DNA from: Camelus dromedarius | Taxonomy: Eukaryota | Reading direction: 5' to 3' | NCBI RefSeq assembly: GCF_036321535.1 | Contig: NC_087437.1 | Span: 119,166,001-119,230,000, forward strand | Length of the DNA stretch: 64,000 nt | Shown: positions 36,176-52,800 of the stretch, in pieces | How the letters are laid out: every line of letters starts with the position of its first letter | How positions within the stretch are numbered: position 1 is the stretch's first letter | The notes under the pieces: model-generated | Databases searched by the model: none | Seen by the model: only the letters and a program-made list of their open reading frames with translations | Told to the model about the DNA's origin: nothing | Position numbers and translations under genes: made by a program

Positions 36176-38629
36176 TAACTAATAGTTTGGTATGTCACCC
36201 TTGCCTCTGGGCGCACGGAATCTGTCACCCTTTGCTAGTGGGGAAATTCACCTCAGTGGGGTGAGGGGAGCTGGGGCCGCTTGGATTCCATAAGCTCACC
36301 TCCTTTTTTCCAGGCCACATCACCCACACCGACAGGCAAGAAGCAAGACTCAGATCTCACTCACCTCCTTAAGGACTCCTGAAGGTCAAATCTGGCAACA
36401 GGTTATGTGCCATCTGAGGCAAAAAAACCCCCAAAATCTTAGACAGGACGGGGAAGAGAAAAAAATCTTTCCTTGGTTCTAGCAAGATTGAAAAAAAAAA
36501 GTTACAAGGATGAAGTATAAACAGTATGTGAAGGGATTAAAAATAACTATTCTAAAGTACAGCCTTCATGTTGCAAATAGCCCCAAATGCATGCCCACTG
36601 GTCTCCACAGGGTCTAACAGACATAACTCGCACATCGAAGACTGCGCCTTAAAATCTGATACAGAGGGAAACAGTGGCCAAAGGCAACCTTATAAATTGC
36701 AGTTTGCTGCCCCAAAGCAGCTTCAGATTTCAAGTGGAACCACAGATGGCCTGTTCACAGAAGTAATGGCTTTTTTAGAACTGAGGACACTGAAAGGAGC
36801 TGGTCTGTATGTACTTGACTGTGAGGCTGTTTCGTCGCATCGGGGAGCAGAGGGACACCTTCCCTGGCCCGGCCGCGATGAAGGTGACGTGCCACCTGAC
36901 CAGGGTGCTTTGAAGGAGGAAAACGGGCAAACCAGCATCCTGGGAGGGTCAGGCTGGAAGCCGGAGGGACACGAGGAAAAAGGCGGGGAGGGGAGGGGGA
37001 GTTAACTTCTGGCTCGGTTAGGAGACGAGCTTTTCTCATAGCAAGGCTATACTTAATTTAAAAACATATATAAAACAAAAATAACTTACTGTGTAGGCAA
37101 TTAATTCTGGCTGGCATAGCGATCCTCTTAGGTTAAAGGGGATGCGCAGGAGGCGGAGAGAAGGGAGAGGTGAAAAGAAAAGTTTGCAAGAGCAAAATCA
37201 GAATGCAAGACGGTCAGAGTCTGAAGCATTCACATTACACCACATATGATGTTCCTGTGCAGAGCGCTTGGCGTAGTTTTTTTTTCTTTTTACTTTTTAA
37301 TATTTTCCAATGGCTCCACCAATATTTTTGTTCCTACTGGTAGTAAAAACACACAGAACATGAAATGGACCGTCTTCGGCACCTGTGAGTGTCAAGCTGG
37401 GGCGGGTTAAGTGCACGCGTGTTGCTGTGCAACCAAGTCGACACTCCGTGAAGCTGAAAATAGACCCAGACTTGGGGCTGCATTTCCTGCATCCTCACAA
37501 CACGTACATTTCCGACCAGAGAAAATCCAGAATTGTAAGCAGGGAAGCAGACTCGGAAACCTATTGCCAGCTCCTTCCTACATCAGGAGATACAGGTGGT
37601 TCTTAAGCCAGAAAACTGGCTTGACTTTAAAAGTGAGAAGAAACTCCATAGAGCTGCCCCCTGAATCACCGGTTTTGGAAATTTTTGGGTGGAAAATGAA
37701 AACTCTTTGGCACCCCAACTGCAAAGTCATCTGAGGTTCTGACAACAGCTCATAGAGATGCTGAGCACATACCTCTCAGAAAACACTGGAAGAAAAGCAG
37801 TTTTTTAAATGCTGCCAAGTGTGTCTGTTTAAAAAATCCCAGATCTGTGCAGCGCTCAGCACCCCCGCCCGGTCCCACAGCCGGGCCTCCGGGTGGGGCA
37901 CGAGGCACACCTGCCGGCACCGAGGTCCCCACCTGTTTGAGGGTGTCATCGCAGGGAAGGAGCAGGGTGGCCAGCACACAGCAAGGATGGAGACCCAAGG
38001 GAAAACCCTGGAAGGAGAAGCAGGAGGGAGGGAGGGGATGGAGGAACAGTGGTCTCGGGATGGGCCTGGGTCAGCGAGGCTCCGCCTTTCAGAATGAACA
38101 GAGGTGGCAGGAGGGAGCGGCGGGTTCTGTGAGCAGAAGGGACGGACGGCTGGTCCAGCGGGAGGAGGTGACAGAATGGAGAGGAAAGGGCGCCCCACAC
38201 GACCCCCGTTTCTACTTCTCACAGTGCCCACCTGCCTTCCTCAGATGCAGGAAGCCCCCATGGGCTGTTCTGGCCCCAAGACAAAGGCCAGGCCAGGGGT
38301 GAGAAGCAGCAGCCAGACCGCCTTTCCCATCATGTGCACCAAGGATCTGGTCACAGCTTCACAAACTGCCCTCCATCACCCTGACGTGCCCTCGGGGCCA
38401 GGCCCCAGCCCAGGTAGCAGGAGACAGACTCCATCTTCATCCCAGGGTCCAGAAATCACGTCTGAGAATCCGCTCCCTCCTCCCTCTCTCCTCCTCTTCT
38501 AAATCCAACTCCTCCCCCATCTGCCCCTTCTGCTTCCACGAAGCGGGGTTCACGGGGGAGAGGCGGGAAGCCAACAGGTGGGAGGCAGGCGAGGTGGGAG
38601 GTAGGCCCGGTGGGAGGTAGGCCCCTGCA

Positions 38630-38835
38630 GTCAGGCTCTCCAGCATGGCGCCATGGACCCGTCAGCCACGTGGTGCTGTGCACGGGGCCGCCCTGTGCCC
38701 TGCGGGTTGGGGAGCAGCACCCTGGCCTCTACCCGCCTGATGCCAGCAGTGCCCCCAACTCCCAGCTGAGACAGCCCAAACCCTCTCCAGATGCTGCCAG
38801 TGTCCCCCGGGGAGGGGGCATAGTCACCCAAGAAG
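38630..38835. mobile_element. MER20 DNA transposon
   Basis: agcagcaccctggcctctacccgcctgatgccagcag ... ctccagatgctgccagtgtccccc. Confidence 0.78.
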
Positions 38836-39619
38836 GAATCCCTGGTCTGCGGCACCAAGAGCAAAGGAGCAGAAGGCAGGACAGCCCCCCCAGGATCCAG
38901 ACCCCGAGTGGCTGAGGTTCCTAACACCTACGCTCTCGGGGAGTGGGGACCCAGCGAGGAGCCGCGCCCCCAGGCTCAGCTCTGACGCCTGCCCCAGCCC
39001 CCCTGCCCTGTCCTCTGCACTGGGACCTCCTGGTACTGCCTGGCTGATGGGGTTTTCTGGGAGGTGGGCACACACGGTGGGTGGGCACGTCCCTGTTTCT
39101 GGAGGAGAAAGCCAAGGCTCGGCGAGTCCTGAGGGCTCACGGCCAGACTGGCCCCCAGCCTCCGGGCCACGTTCCCCTGGCAAACACCTTCAGGTCACCG
39201 TTGTGCCAAAGCGCCGTCTGGGTAAAACTGCCCGCACGGACGACGTTTACGGATGCCGAGCACTGACTTGGTGCTCGTGGGAAACACCCCCGTCCTCCCG
39301 CGACGATCACCTCTTCTCCGCACACGGAGCAGGGAACCAGGTAGTTTTCTAGGGGGCCCCTCTCCCTGTGGCCCCTGTGAGGCTCGAGTCGGGAGGTCTG
39401 GCTTGGTTTCAGTTGGAGGAAAGACTCAGAGAGGCACACAGGAGTAGGGGTGCCCGTCTCCGCAGCTGAGGGAACCCCAGTCTCTGCCTGGCTCTTGGTG
39501 ACCCCTCTCAATGCTCTGGATAGTTCTGCTTGGGGGGGGTGCCCAGACAGGGTAAGGAGCGCCTCCAGCCATGAATACAAACTGCCCCTCCAAAGGCAGA
39601 GAGGTGACTCAGCCACTCA

Positions 39620-40210
<591 letters not shown>

Positions 40211-41713
40211 TCACACAGATACTCGGAAGGAGCGGCGGGCGGGGGAAAGCATTAACATCCCGTCCAAACACCCGACTGGCCACTGCAGTGTCAGCCAGAC
40301 GCCCAAGTGGCCAAGGGGCAGCTAAGGAGACGCGGGATGACAGCCAGTGAGCAGGTCTCCCACGGCAGAGGGCCGCCCGAGTTCGCAGGCTGGAAGGTGC
40401 TGAGGAAGCAGTTAAGGCCCGTCCCCCGGCAGCCAGGCGGCTGGACGCGTGTGTGGGCAGGGCATCCTTCTAAGCACAGGAGAGCACACGGGGCAGAGAA
40501 GGGAGCTCCGGAGCCCCAGACTCAATTTGCCCTTTAACCTTTGTCCCTACAGCGTTTCTGTGTTTCTTGCAGGCAGAATGGATCAGGACGCACTTTCGTC
40601 CTAAGCCCTACATTCACGTGCAAAGCACATGCAGGTGCTAAACCTACGGGGCTGGGGGTGGGAGAGGGGCTGCGGGGACACAGGGGACTCGCTGGGGGGC
40701 TGGGCTGCTTGTCTGGACCTGTGTGGCAGGTGCACACGAGAGTCTGCTCAGTGACAGCTGACAACCACCCTTTTCTGACTCGAGTCAGAAGTGCCCAGAC
40801 TCAGTTTGGGACTATTTGAGCATCAGTAAAAAAGATAAATACAATCAGTCGGATACATTAGATGTTGAAATCCCAGTGATTCTAAAATAAAACCTTAGAG
40901 AAAGCCTCGAGGAGCCTTATTCTCATTTCACTCATTTATTCATCCTAAAGAAAACCCAATATTTGGGCCAGGGGCTTCCAGAGACACCATCGCCCCCTGC
41001 TGGCTGCCTTTGGAAGTGCATGCTGGAAACCCAGTGGCATCGCCTGGTGATGTTGGTCAAAGTACCTGGACCTCTCCAGGTACCATGCCAACACTGGTGA
41101 CTGACCTTTCGCACCTCCCAGGACCTGTTCTAGGCCCTCTCCCAGCAGCTGAGGGGTCCATTTTCACGGTGCCCTCCCATCCCACCCTCTCATGCCTTCA
41201 TGGTATCAACCCACCCTCTGTGTCCAAAAATCCACCTTCTTCCTCATCCCCTCTCGACGACCACATCTCCCAGCTGTCCCCCACCGTTCACACTCTCCTC
41301 GTTCGTTCTGCAATGTTAAAGAGCAGTACGGGACTCACATGGGGCCCTTCCCTGAGGGGCTGGCTGCTCCAGCAGCCTGGCCTGCCTGGCGTCCCCCAGG
41401 GGTGGCCTACCAGCCGTCATCTGCTCTGGACAAACGTCACAGAGCAGGAGAATGGAGGAATGGGGGGTTGGGATGTGTTTTAAAACAAGCTTCATTTCTC
41501 TGATGGCAAAAAGGCATAAACACTCATTGCAAAAAAAAAAAAAAGAAAGAAAGAAAAAAAAGGAAATGGTTTGGAAATGTGTAGTGTGTAAAGTGAAGTC
41601 TCCCTGTGATGGAGTGCTGATGGGGGCTGAGGTGCTGTCCCCAAAGGGGAGTTGACATCATGTCGGCCTTTCTGTTTCAATCATTTTTCTTCAAATGATT
41701 CAGTAACCTCTCA

Positions 41714-42013
<300 letters not shown>

Positions 42014-42069
42014 TTAGCAAAGCCTGAAACTTTGACAGGGACGTCTGGGGTGACAGATATGGTCCTTGA

Positions 42070-42290
42070 GGAGAGGTTGGCAAATACTTTCTGTAAAGGA
42101 CCGGAGAGCTGGATAGTTGGAGTTTTCTGGGCGGCTGGTCTGTCACAATTAGTCCATGCTGCCTCGGAATTGGGGAAGCAGCCACTACCATATGGAAAAG
42201 TGCACAGGGCTGGGTTCAGAGGAAAGCTTGAGCAGGACAGGTGATGGGCTGGGGCCAGCGTTGGCCACAGGCTGCAGTCCATTGACCCTG
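42070..42290. mobile_element. MER58-like hAT transposon
   Basis: gaggttggcaaatactttctgtaaagg ... ttggccacaggctgcagtccattgaccctg. Confidence 0.72.
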
Positions 42291-43307
42291 GGTCCACAGC
42301 TGATGCTCTGTGATGATACAACACTCACTGAGGTGTACACTTCAGATCGTGCACTTTACTGGACGTAAGTGATGCCTCCGTGGAGGGGAAGAACAACTGA
42401 GGCAGGTAAACAAAAGCCTCTAAGCTCTGGGGAGACCGTGAACTTTGAAAGGCAATGCACCGCTCCTCTTCCCACCCAGGAGTGGCTGGTGGACCTCACA
42501 CCCCAGTGTACAGAGTGATGGGCGGCCAGTTCACAGAAGCTGTTCCTTCCCTTGGGGGAACCACACCGGGGCCACCATCCGGGGAGGCTCGAAGCCCTGC
42601 AAAGAGCTCCACGCACGCTATTGCGTGGATCACCCCCAGACCTTCTGAGGGAGGTGCTGTTTTAATACTCGTTTGAGTAACAGGGAAGAGGTGAGGCAGC
42701 CAGGTAGGCGGCAGAGCTGAGATGCCCTGCCTGGTCCCCTGGACTCAGAGCTGATACCGAAACTCACGCTAAGCTTACTTCTAATGCAGTGAGATTAAAG
42801 CAACACTGGAATTAAAAGTGGGATGTGAACAAGAACTTTTCAGTCCTGGCCTGCGGACAACAGACACAACACTTCCAAAGGCAGTGGAGGGGGGCAAAGT
42901 GACAGCCGACCCCCAGTAGGGGGGGCGTGGGGAGGGCTCCTCGGGTGGGAGCTGGGCCTTGGGACAGGGATGCAGAGGGCCAGGGAAGGGAGAATGCTTG
43001 ACCCCCCGGTTTAGACTGTGGTTTGATTTCAAGAGACAGTAACACAAGCAACCAGAAATGTGGGCAATCTGCACCCAGAGTTCTGGGGGAAACTCCTTTT
43101 AAGTAGGTTTCATGGGCCGGGAGAGACAAAAATAAAGTGGCCTTTATGATTACGTGACCCGAGTCCTACTTATTTTATGGAAACCATGTAACTGGCACAT
43201 TGAACAAGAGAACAAGATAACCTTCATAAAGTTAATAAGTGAGATCTGAGCAGAGTGTGCTCTGAAACTCAGAGCAGGGAGCCAACACCCCTCCCAGCCT
43301 CCCATCA

Positions 43308-43616
<309 letters not shown>

Positions 43617-44270
43617 CTACAGTCAGGAGAACGTGAAACCGCACCTCACGTCAACCCTGCTTCAAGTGGCTGGAAAAGGTAGGAGCCAAACGGCAAGATA
43701 TTTTAACAATCTCTCTTATTCTTTTTTTTTTTTTTTTTTTTTTTTTTTTGGTGGGGAGTGGAGAAGGGGTGCCCTAGAGGGGCATTGGAAGCCCAGGTTT
43801 AAATAAAATTTCAAAAACCTTTTAATTAAGCCAGAATTTCACATTCCAAATTTCACGGTTTTGGATTCCAAAACCGTGTCAAGTGATCTATTCCAGGAAG
43901 ATAACGCTTTTGTTCAGGCAGGAACACAGTATAAGTTCCAAAAAAATAAATAAATAAACCATACACCTCTACAGAAGTTGTCCCCAAGGTGGTGGCTGTG
44001 GGGACAAGCACAGAATCCGGCTGGATCTGAAGTGGCTGAGCAACAAGCCTTCAAATGAATGACTTTTAACAGAAGAAGCTCTGCACTGACCACTCACAGC
44101 CAGAGGTTAAGGGCAGTGTGCTGTCCCCACGGAAATGTCATGGAGTGCACTCGATGGCTCAGCTATCACCCAGATTTTTAGCTTCAGAATATACTACAGG
44201 GGTGAGCCTTGCTTTGGCTTGTCATGTATTTGACCAGGTAGAAAGATAATTGTCCAAAAACTAAAGGCTA

Positions 44271-44651
<381 letters not shown>

Positions 44652-44996
44652 TCACCGCTGGCTTCTTCAGCTGTCACTTAGCGTCCTGATTAACTGGGTG
44701 TCCCCAGTGTGGACGTGGGGTGGTGAGACCCACACTCACGCCCATCCATGCGGCACATAAAGATGGGAACAGAAGCTGGAGAACCACTGAGCTGAAACAG
44801 CCCTTTCTGGGTTAGGCCCACGTGAAAGGGGCACCGGGGAAGCTACATCAGGCAGACAACTCAACGTGACCGTGGGCGGGGAGCGTCCCGGTCCAGAAAT
44901 GCCTGGTAGGAAACTCCAGCTCTTCTCAGACGAGCTTCGTGTTTCACGTTGAAGCCAGATCAAGACCCTGACAGACATAAATGAAGACGCTCCTTA

Positions 44997-45509
<513 letters not shown>

Positions 45510-46309
45510 TCACCGCAGTTCAGGAAGCTGGTGACTGTGCTGTGGACAATTAAGAGACTATCCCCAGTCCTGGGAAATACACACCAAAGAATTCAGGGGT
45601 AAAGGGCCAGGACGCCTGAAACTTACACTCGGGGGGTTCGCACATTTCCCCTCGTGTGTGTGTGTGTGTGCATGCGTGCACGTGTAGACAGCGGGACAGC
45701 AAGTGAGAGCGACCACTGAGTGCTCGCGCAAGTTAAAAGGGAATGGGGCAAAACATTGAAAATACGTTGAGTCTGAGTAACGGTTTATATGGTTGTTCTT
45801 TGCTCTGTTTTTCTGAAGAGGTTTCATGGATCCCATCAGGCTGGACTGGAAGGAAATTCAGATGGAGCCAACAGGGTGGCGCCCCAGGAATGGATTAGGC
45901 AGACAGAGGTCCCACCCCGTGGTCAGACCCACACCCTCTCTAGGAATGTCAGTTCTTATCTCCCGAGCATCTCAGTCCTCTGGGGACCACAGAATCAAGG
46001 AAACTGCCTCAAAATGTTTTACTAATGTTTTGTTTTGTTTAGGAGCTTGAGTTGCTTTTTCTGAAGTCTTTGTAACTTGAGATAATCAGATGCCTGGTTT
46101 CACAGCTGGATAAACCAGGCAAGCGTCACCCCTATCAGTTTTCGTATGCTTTAAAAACATAATATTGAAACTACTGATTTATACACATAGACACACAGGT
46201 CCATGTTCCCTTTAGTGATTTTACCTCTCATTGCTGCTTTCTTGTATCTAAAGCATGTGTCCAATTTAAGCCACTGTGACTTATTTTTAAAGGAAAAGCC
46301 AGTTGCAAT

Positions 46310-46530
46310 TCACAGGGACAAAAAGCGGAAGGGCAGGGGAGGGGAGGGGGGAGAGAGCGTTTAATGGGGACAGAGGTCCAGTTTTGTAAGAGGGAAGGAA
46401 TTCTGGAGACAGAGGGTGGTTGTGATGGTTATGTAACCATGTGAATGCACTTAATGCCACTGAATTTTACACTCAAGAATGATTAAGGTGGTAAATTTTG
46501 TGTTGTATGCATTTTACCACAATAAAAATG
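46310..46530 (+). mobile_element. L1MB-like 3' end
   Basis: tgtgaatgcacttaatgccactgaattttacactcaagaatgattaaggtggtaaattttgtgttgtatgcattttaccacaataaaa. Confidence 0.82.
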
Positions 46531-46849
46531 GGGGGAACAAAGATCTATTAAGGCTAAGAGGGACGAGAACTGCTTCTCTAAGCCAAGAATTGTTAAAAAA
46601 AAAAAGATTTTTGATATTTGTTTTAAAAAAAGGAAAAAAAGAGAACCAGTTGAATATACTCTTCCCAAAACATCTGACCTTGCTAATATCTGGAATGGAC
46701 TTTCAACCAAACATCCCCTTGGGAAGACCTGGAGTGGTATAGGTGGAGGGGCTGGCCTCCTCTGGGGGGGTCTCCTCCCCTCCCTGGTCGTGGGGAAGGC
46801 AGGACGTGCCCCCAGAGAGCAGCGCCTCCGTCCGCCTGCTGACACTCAC

Positions 46850-46914
46850 CTTCTGAGGATCGCCCATCCTCTGAAATCTGCAGGTGCAACTCCCTGGACT
46901 TGGCATTCAACTCA
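46850..46914 (-). CDS. C2CD2: C2CD2 exon 8 (C2 domain)
   Basis: ccacag|TGAGTTG ... AGAAG|gtgagt; 65 nt; (F)ELNAKSRELHLQISEDGRSSE. Confidence 0.94.
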
Positions 46915-47129
46915 CTGTGGAAGGGAAAAGAGGCTTCACTATTAAAATGCTTTAGTATTTTTTTGAAATAGTGTTTTTCTTTCTGATTAAAGAAAGGAAT
47001 GCAAATCATCATCAATGCAAACCACATCAATATTTAAGAAACCACAGAGACATAAAACCAAAACACAAAGACTATCTGTAACTTCACTATCCAGAAGTAG
47101 TTACTGTTAATGTTCAGTGACTAGTCTCC

Positions 47130-47330
47130 CAAGATTATCCAACAGATCTTTCTGGATGACGATGGAAATGTTCGTAGAGCTCCTGTCAAGTATGGTGGCC
47201 ACTAGACACACATGGCTCTTGAGAACATGAAACGTGGCTAGTGCAAACTGAAGAAAACGGCTTTAATTTTAATTTTAATTAATTGAGATTTAAAGAGCTA
47301 CATAGGCTAGTAGTTACTGCAAAGTGTAGC
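47130..47330. mobile_element. MER3-like hAT transposon
   Basis: tccaacagatctttctggatgacgatggaaatgttc ... tatggtggccactagacacacatggct ... aaacgtggctagtg. Confidence 0.78.
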
Positions 47331-47339
47331 CATATATAA

Positions 47340-48690
47340 TTGTATGAAAACAAACAGGACATAATACACCTCCCTCCTCCTTTGTAAGCTTTTTTTTTCA
47401 CTTAAGATATCACTGGGATCTTCCCATGTCAATAACGACAGAGCAACATCCTTTTTAACAGGCGCCTAGTATTCCATGATCTGGCCTTATGGAATTTTAT
47501 TCAGCCAACTCCTCAATAACAGGCTGGTTGTTTCCAGTATTTCATAATTATAAACAAGCTGAAATAAACACCCTCAGATGTGTATCTTTGTACACACTAT
47601 GTGGTTATTTCCTTAGGAAAAGAGCAATTGCCAGCCAAAAGGCACATGGATTTAAGAGATTTTCTTTTTTTATACCCATTGATGACTTCTAGAGTAATTA
47701 TTTCAGTTTATAGTCCCACTGGCCATTCTCACTTATCTTGTTCTTTACCAACCTGTAAGGAGAAAGACAATCTCTTTTGTTTAAGTTTGCATTTCTTTAA
47801 CTATTTCTGAGATTGAACTTCTTAGAAGTCTCTAGCTACCTACAGTTCTTGATTTTGTATTTCTAGTTCAGAAATGTTGTCCAGTTTTGTAAAAGAGTTC
47901 TCATATGTTCATTAATACTTTATAAAAGCTCTTTATGGTATACATGTGACATCTTCTTCCATTATTTCTTCTAGTTATTTATTAAGTACCAGAAAGTGAT
48001 TGATTTCTATATTTTTACAGTCAGCTACTTTACTGAAATATTATTTGTATTAGTTTTTATACTATTATTATTTATAATTATTTTTATTATGATTATTTCT
48101 ATCCTATATCCATTATTTCTAATAGTTTTAATTGATTTTCTTGAGTAGTCTAGATATGCAATAATATCATCTCCAAGTAATGATTCATTTTGCCTCTACC
48201 TTTCTAGTACTTGTATATTATTTCTTTTTCTTCTCTAATTGCATTAGCCAGTACTTCCAGAATGAAACAGTGAGTATCCTTCTCTTGACTTTAGTGGGAC
48301 TGCTTCTAGTATGTATCAAGTATAGTTATTTTTAAAATCTTATTAAAGAAGTGACCATAAATCTTGTTCCAATTAAGTTTTAAAAATTAGAAATGGGTAT
48401 TAAATGTTACTGAGTATCTTTTTGACATATATAGAGATAATAAGTTTGTCTTCTCCTTTGATCTAGTGACATGGTGGATTTCATTAATAGATCTCACATT
48501 GAACCATGCTTGCATTCCTGGTATGAACTCACTCAGTTTTGCTGTATTATTTTTCAAGGTGTTCCTGGATTCTATTTGATAATACATTAGAATTCCTACA
48601 TCATAATTAATAAGTGGCCTACACTTCTCTTTTTCCATGCTCTTTGTCAGATTTTGGTATCAATTAGAAGTTTTCTTCTATTCTGCTCTG
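47340..48690 (-). mobile_element. Ancient L1M fragments, antisense to the + strand
   Basis: AT-rich; ttgaaccatgcttgcattcctggtatgaactcact, tctttgtcagattttggtatcaa; ORF 48387-48638 has the L1 ORF2-like FIPGMQAWFN. Confidence 0.75.
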
Positions 48691-48940
48691 GATGATGTGT
48701 TTCTAAAGCAAGTGGGAGGCCTAACAACAAATCTCTCTTGTCACAACAGGGCATGTGGACCTAAATGAGGAGGGAATCAATACTAAGAGCTGCTTTCAAA
48801 AAGAAATCATGTCTGACTTAGAGCTACCTCAGATGTTTAATGTAATTCTTTAAAGAATGTTAAATTTTCTTCCTTCCTTCCTTTCTCTCTTTTGTTATGA
48901 ACAGTGCTACAGAATATAGTTTTAGAATTTGGCAGTCTTA

Positions 48941-49144
<204 letters not shown>

Positions 49145-49599
49145 CTAATTGCATTAAGACATTTTTGTGTATACCAGAAAGGCTAAACTAAATGTCTACG
49201 GCCTTGACTCACCCACTTCTGAGGGTCTAGTGTTCCTTTCACTTGCCATTTGCAAATTCTCAAAGCACTTCATCTGGGGTTACAGACTCTGTACTCACTG
49301 TGGATGTCCACAGCCCTGGGCTGACCCCAAGTACCCCTGCTCCCCCACTTAGTTCTGGCTGCGGGCCAGTGGCAGGGGACCCTACTACAGCAGAGGTGTG
49401 GGCCCCACTCTGAACAAGACTAACTGCTTGCAAAAGAAAGGGAATCTGGTGTGATTGCTAAATTTGGGGATAAGCCACTCTCTCCACTGAAAGGCAGGGA
49501 TCACACCACAGACCCAGTTGCTGGGAGCCACAGGAGGAAGTAAGGGCCATGGAGAACCCACAAGGCACGCCCTCCGCTCTGCCTCCACTGCAGACATCA

Positions 49600-49917
<318 letters not shown>

Positions 49918-50753
49918 TTACAGGACTGGAGGGCAGTAGTCAGCCATGGGCACTTCCCTGCCTGGAAGCCTTTTACCTCCCAAGGAAAGCAACTGAAGGA
50001 GCGACACCTTCAGCCAGCGAGGGCTCCCCAGAATCTCGCTGTGGGTGGAGACTAGGAGCAAAGCTCGCCGGGGTCCACGCCTGACCCAGGCCACATGCTT
50101 AGGGAGAGCGGGACACCCTCTCCAGGCTGCAGGTATCCACTGCCAGCAGCACTAGGTGGGACACCAGCTCAAATGGCTACAGGACACAACAGGTGACTTC
50201 CCACCTGCAGGCAGACCCGCTGTCCATGTGGGGAATATCTAAGTGCCGCCTGGGTGCCTGTGCTAGGGAGGAAGCCAGAGTCCTCATCAGTCCTCAAATC
50301 GGCATCGAGGCATTTCCAACAGAGAGCCTCCCGAGCCCAGGGGACCCCACCCCAGACCAGCCTTTCCCAGACTAGCTTCCAGCTCCCACTTGTGGCCACG
50401 AGTGTTCTTTTAAAGGGGCTCCTTAGGGACAAACATTTGGGAAGCCTGGAGAGGCTTCTCAGAGACATCATGGGCTTCCGCACAGTAAGAGCCTTCCAGG
50501 GAGGGATCCTAAATGATCTGACCTCAGAATTCTTTCAGCAGGGAATGTTTACAGCCTCAAGCAACTGTAATGTGTTTTTGGTCACCGTCTAGAAAATACT
50601 GTTCTGAACCAGGGCCTTGCCAATTGTGAGCTGCAGGTGCTGGGAGGCCAAGAAGTAATCACAGAACTCCTTACGATCCAGGCCCACAGGCACTGGGGAC
50701 AGGGCGAACCAAATGTCTGGGATGGAGATACCGTGTCTTTTCAATTGCGTCCA

Positions 50754-51273
50754 TGTGATGGTTAATTTCACAGGCAACCTGATGGGACCACGGGGTGCCA
50801 AGGCATGTGGTCAAACATTGTTCTGGGCATGTCTGCCAGGATGTTTCTGCATGAGATTAACATTTAGATCCACAGACCGAGTAAAGCAGGCTGCCTTCCC
50901 TAATGTGGGTGGGCCTCGTCCAATCAGTTGAAGGGCTGACATTCCCTGGAATAAGAGGGAGTCCCTCATGCCTGGCTGCCTTCCAGCTGGCATATCCATT
51001 TTTTCCTGCCTTTGGACTTGAATGGATACATCAGCTCTTCTGGGTCTCCCTGCTGACTCCCCCTGCAGCTCCTGGGACTTGTCAGCCTCTATAATCATGT
51101 AAGCCAATGCTTTATAATAAATTTCTTCATATACATATGACAAAATATGTATTTTACATATAATTGGCTCATGCAATTATAGAGGCTATTATTATACCAC
51201 ACACACATACACACACACACACACACACCCACCCCCTACTGGCTCTGTTTCCCTAGAAAACCCTGACTGATAT
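50754..51273 (+). mobile_element. ERVL LTR (MLT2B/D-like) with internal (CA)n
   Basis: tgtgatggttaattt ... ccctaatgtgggtgggcctcgtccaatcagttgaaggg ... ggctctgtttccctagaaaaccctgact. Confidence 0.87.
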
Positions 51274-52677
51274 AATGTGTGTGCTATTTTGATACATAAA
51301 CTACAGATTTATTTAAAAGCATCATTGAATTTATGATAGTCTTGGTCCTTTAATTTTCTGAATCCACATATTCTAAAAATAAGCCATTATTTTCTGAAGT
51401 TTCTCCAATTTTGACATTAAAAATTGACCACCATATTCACAACAACCAGGCACCTCTGACTTGAACTAAAAAACCACGAAGGAATTACTGAGAGAGAGCG
51501 AGCAGCTGAGAGCCTGCTCTCACCTCTGGGCAGCCTGGCCTGACCACCCCCCACCTCCACCTCTGGGGCCGAGCCCTGCCCAGCCGCCTGGCCTGGGAAT
51601 CCTGTACCTCACTCTGCCTGTTGGCTTACTCAGCTGCTCCTGCCCCTGCGTCAGGAGGGTGAAGCCAGTTTTTTACATTCTTTCAATCCCCAATGCCCAG
51701 AACACATCATGGAGCACCATGATCCACTCATACTTTTTCAAAGGATCAAGGAGATTTTTGTCTCCAGACTCTACACACTCACAGCTGGTGATGCTGTAGT
51801 AAGAACCAGAGACTGAGTCTGCATCAAAAATCCATATTAAAAGTTATAATTTCAAAATGACTTTACTAAAGACTATTGATAAAGATGATATTCCACCATG
51901 CCAAAAAAAAATACTGGAAATATGCACAAAAAATAACTTTAGGGACTGTAAAAGCATGTTTTGTATAATCATCCTAAAAAGATCTGCTCATAATTGGGAG
52001 AACTGACTCACCAGAAACAAAGGTTTTTAGAAGGATTGCAGTAAAGATGTGAGAGACCAAGCTCCGGGAGGCTGCACGGGCCAAATGTCCTGGACACAAA
52101 TTTAGCCCCAGAAGCAGCACCCCCATCAGGCGGCGGGGGGGGGGGGGGGGCTCAGGTGGGGAGGGAGGCCGGCGGCACGGGAAGGGGCCACACGGAGGAG
52201 ACAGCCTCATGTCCACACACCCAGGGAGACAAGCTCCGAGAGGTGGCGCCTCTGGCAGCAGGACCAGATCACGAGGCGGTCCCCTGGCCAGGGCTAACAT
52301 TCTGTGCATCCAGCGTGCTCATCTGCCTGCCTTGGGGCAACCTGTCACCTCAGTCCTGGACGGATAAGGTCCCAGACAGCAGGCTCTGAGTGGACAGTGA
52401 AAAGTCAGGTTTTGGTTCCTGGAAAGGAGAGGATCTGGGCTCATTAGGGTCGGACTACCTCTTTCTTCCCTCCCACGGGGCCTCGGAACCTGTGCCCTGA
52501 ACTCGGAGCTTCGCCCCAGACCACGCTCATGACCCACCAGCAAGCGGTCGGGCAATATCGCTCTGCTGCGGTGGGTGGAGGGCGTGGGAAATGCGCACAG
52601 ATTCCCCAAGGGACGCGGACCCCCCACACCCCACGTCCCTTGTGTGCAAAGCCCCCACACCCCAGGAACCGGTTTAC

Positions 52678-52800
52678 CTGCACTTCCCTCACATCCGCAG
52701 GCTTGGTGCTCAGAACCACCGATGGGGAGGCGGCACTAACCAGGTGCTTCAAAATATCCTTGAGACTTTCAGCTACGGCCTCTGTCCCAACCGCCGGGTC
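52678..52800 (-). CDS. C2CD2: C2CD2 exon 5 (SMP-like region)
   Basis: ccgcag|GACCCGGCG ... GTGCAG|gtaaac; 123 nt; DPAVGTEAVAESLKDILKHLVSAASPSVVLSTKPADVREVQ. Confidence 0.92.

Noticed and set aside
43721..43750. Long homopolymers (T here; G at 21611-21625 and 52136-52150; A at 29935-29953)
   Set aside because: Simple tracts whose lengths may be affected by sequencing error; no attached element could be supported
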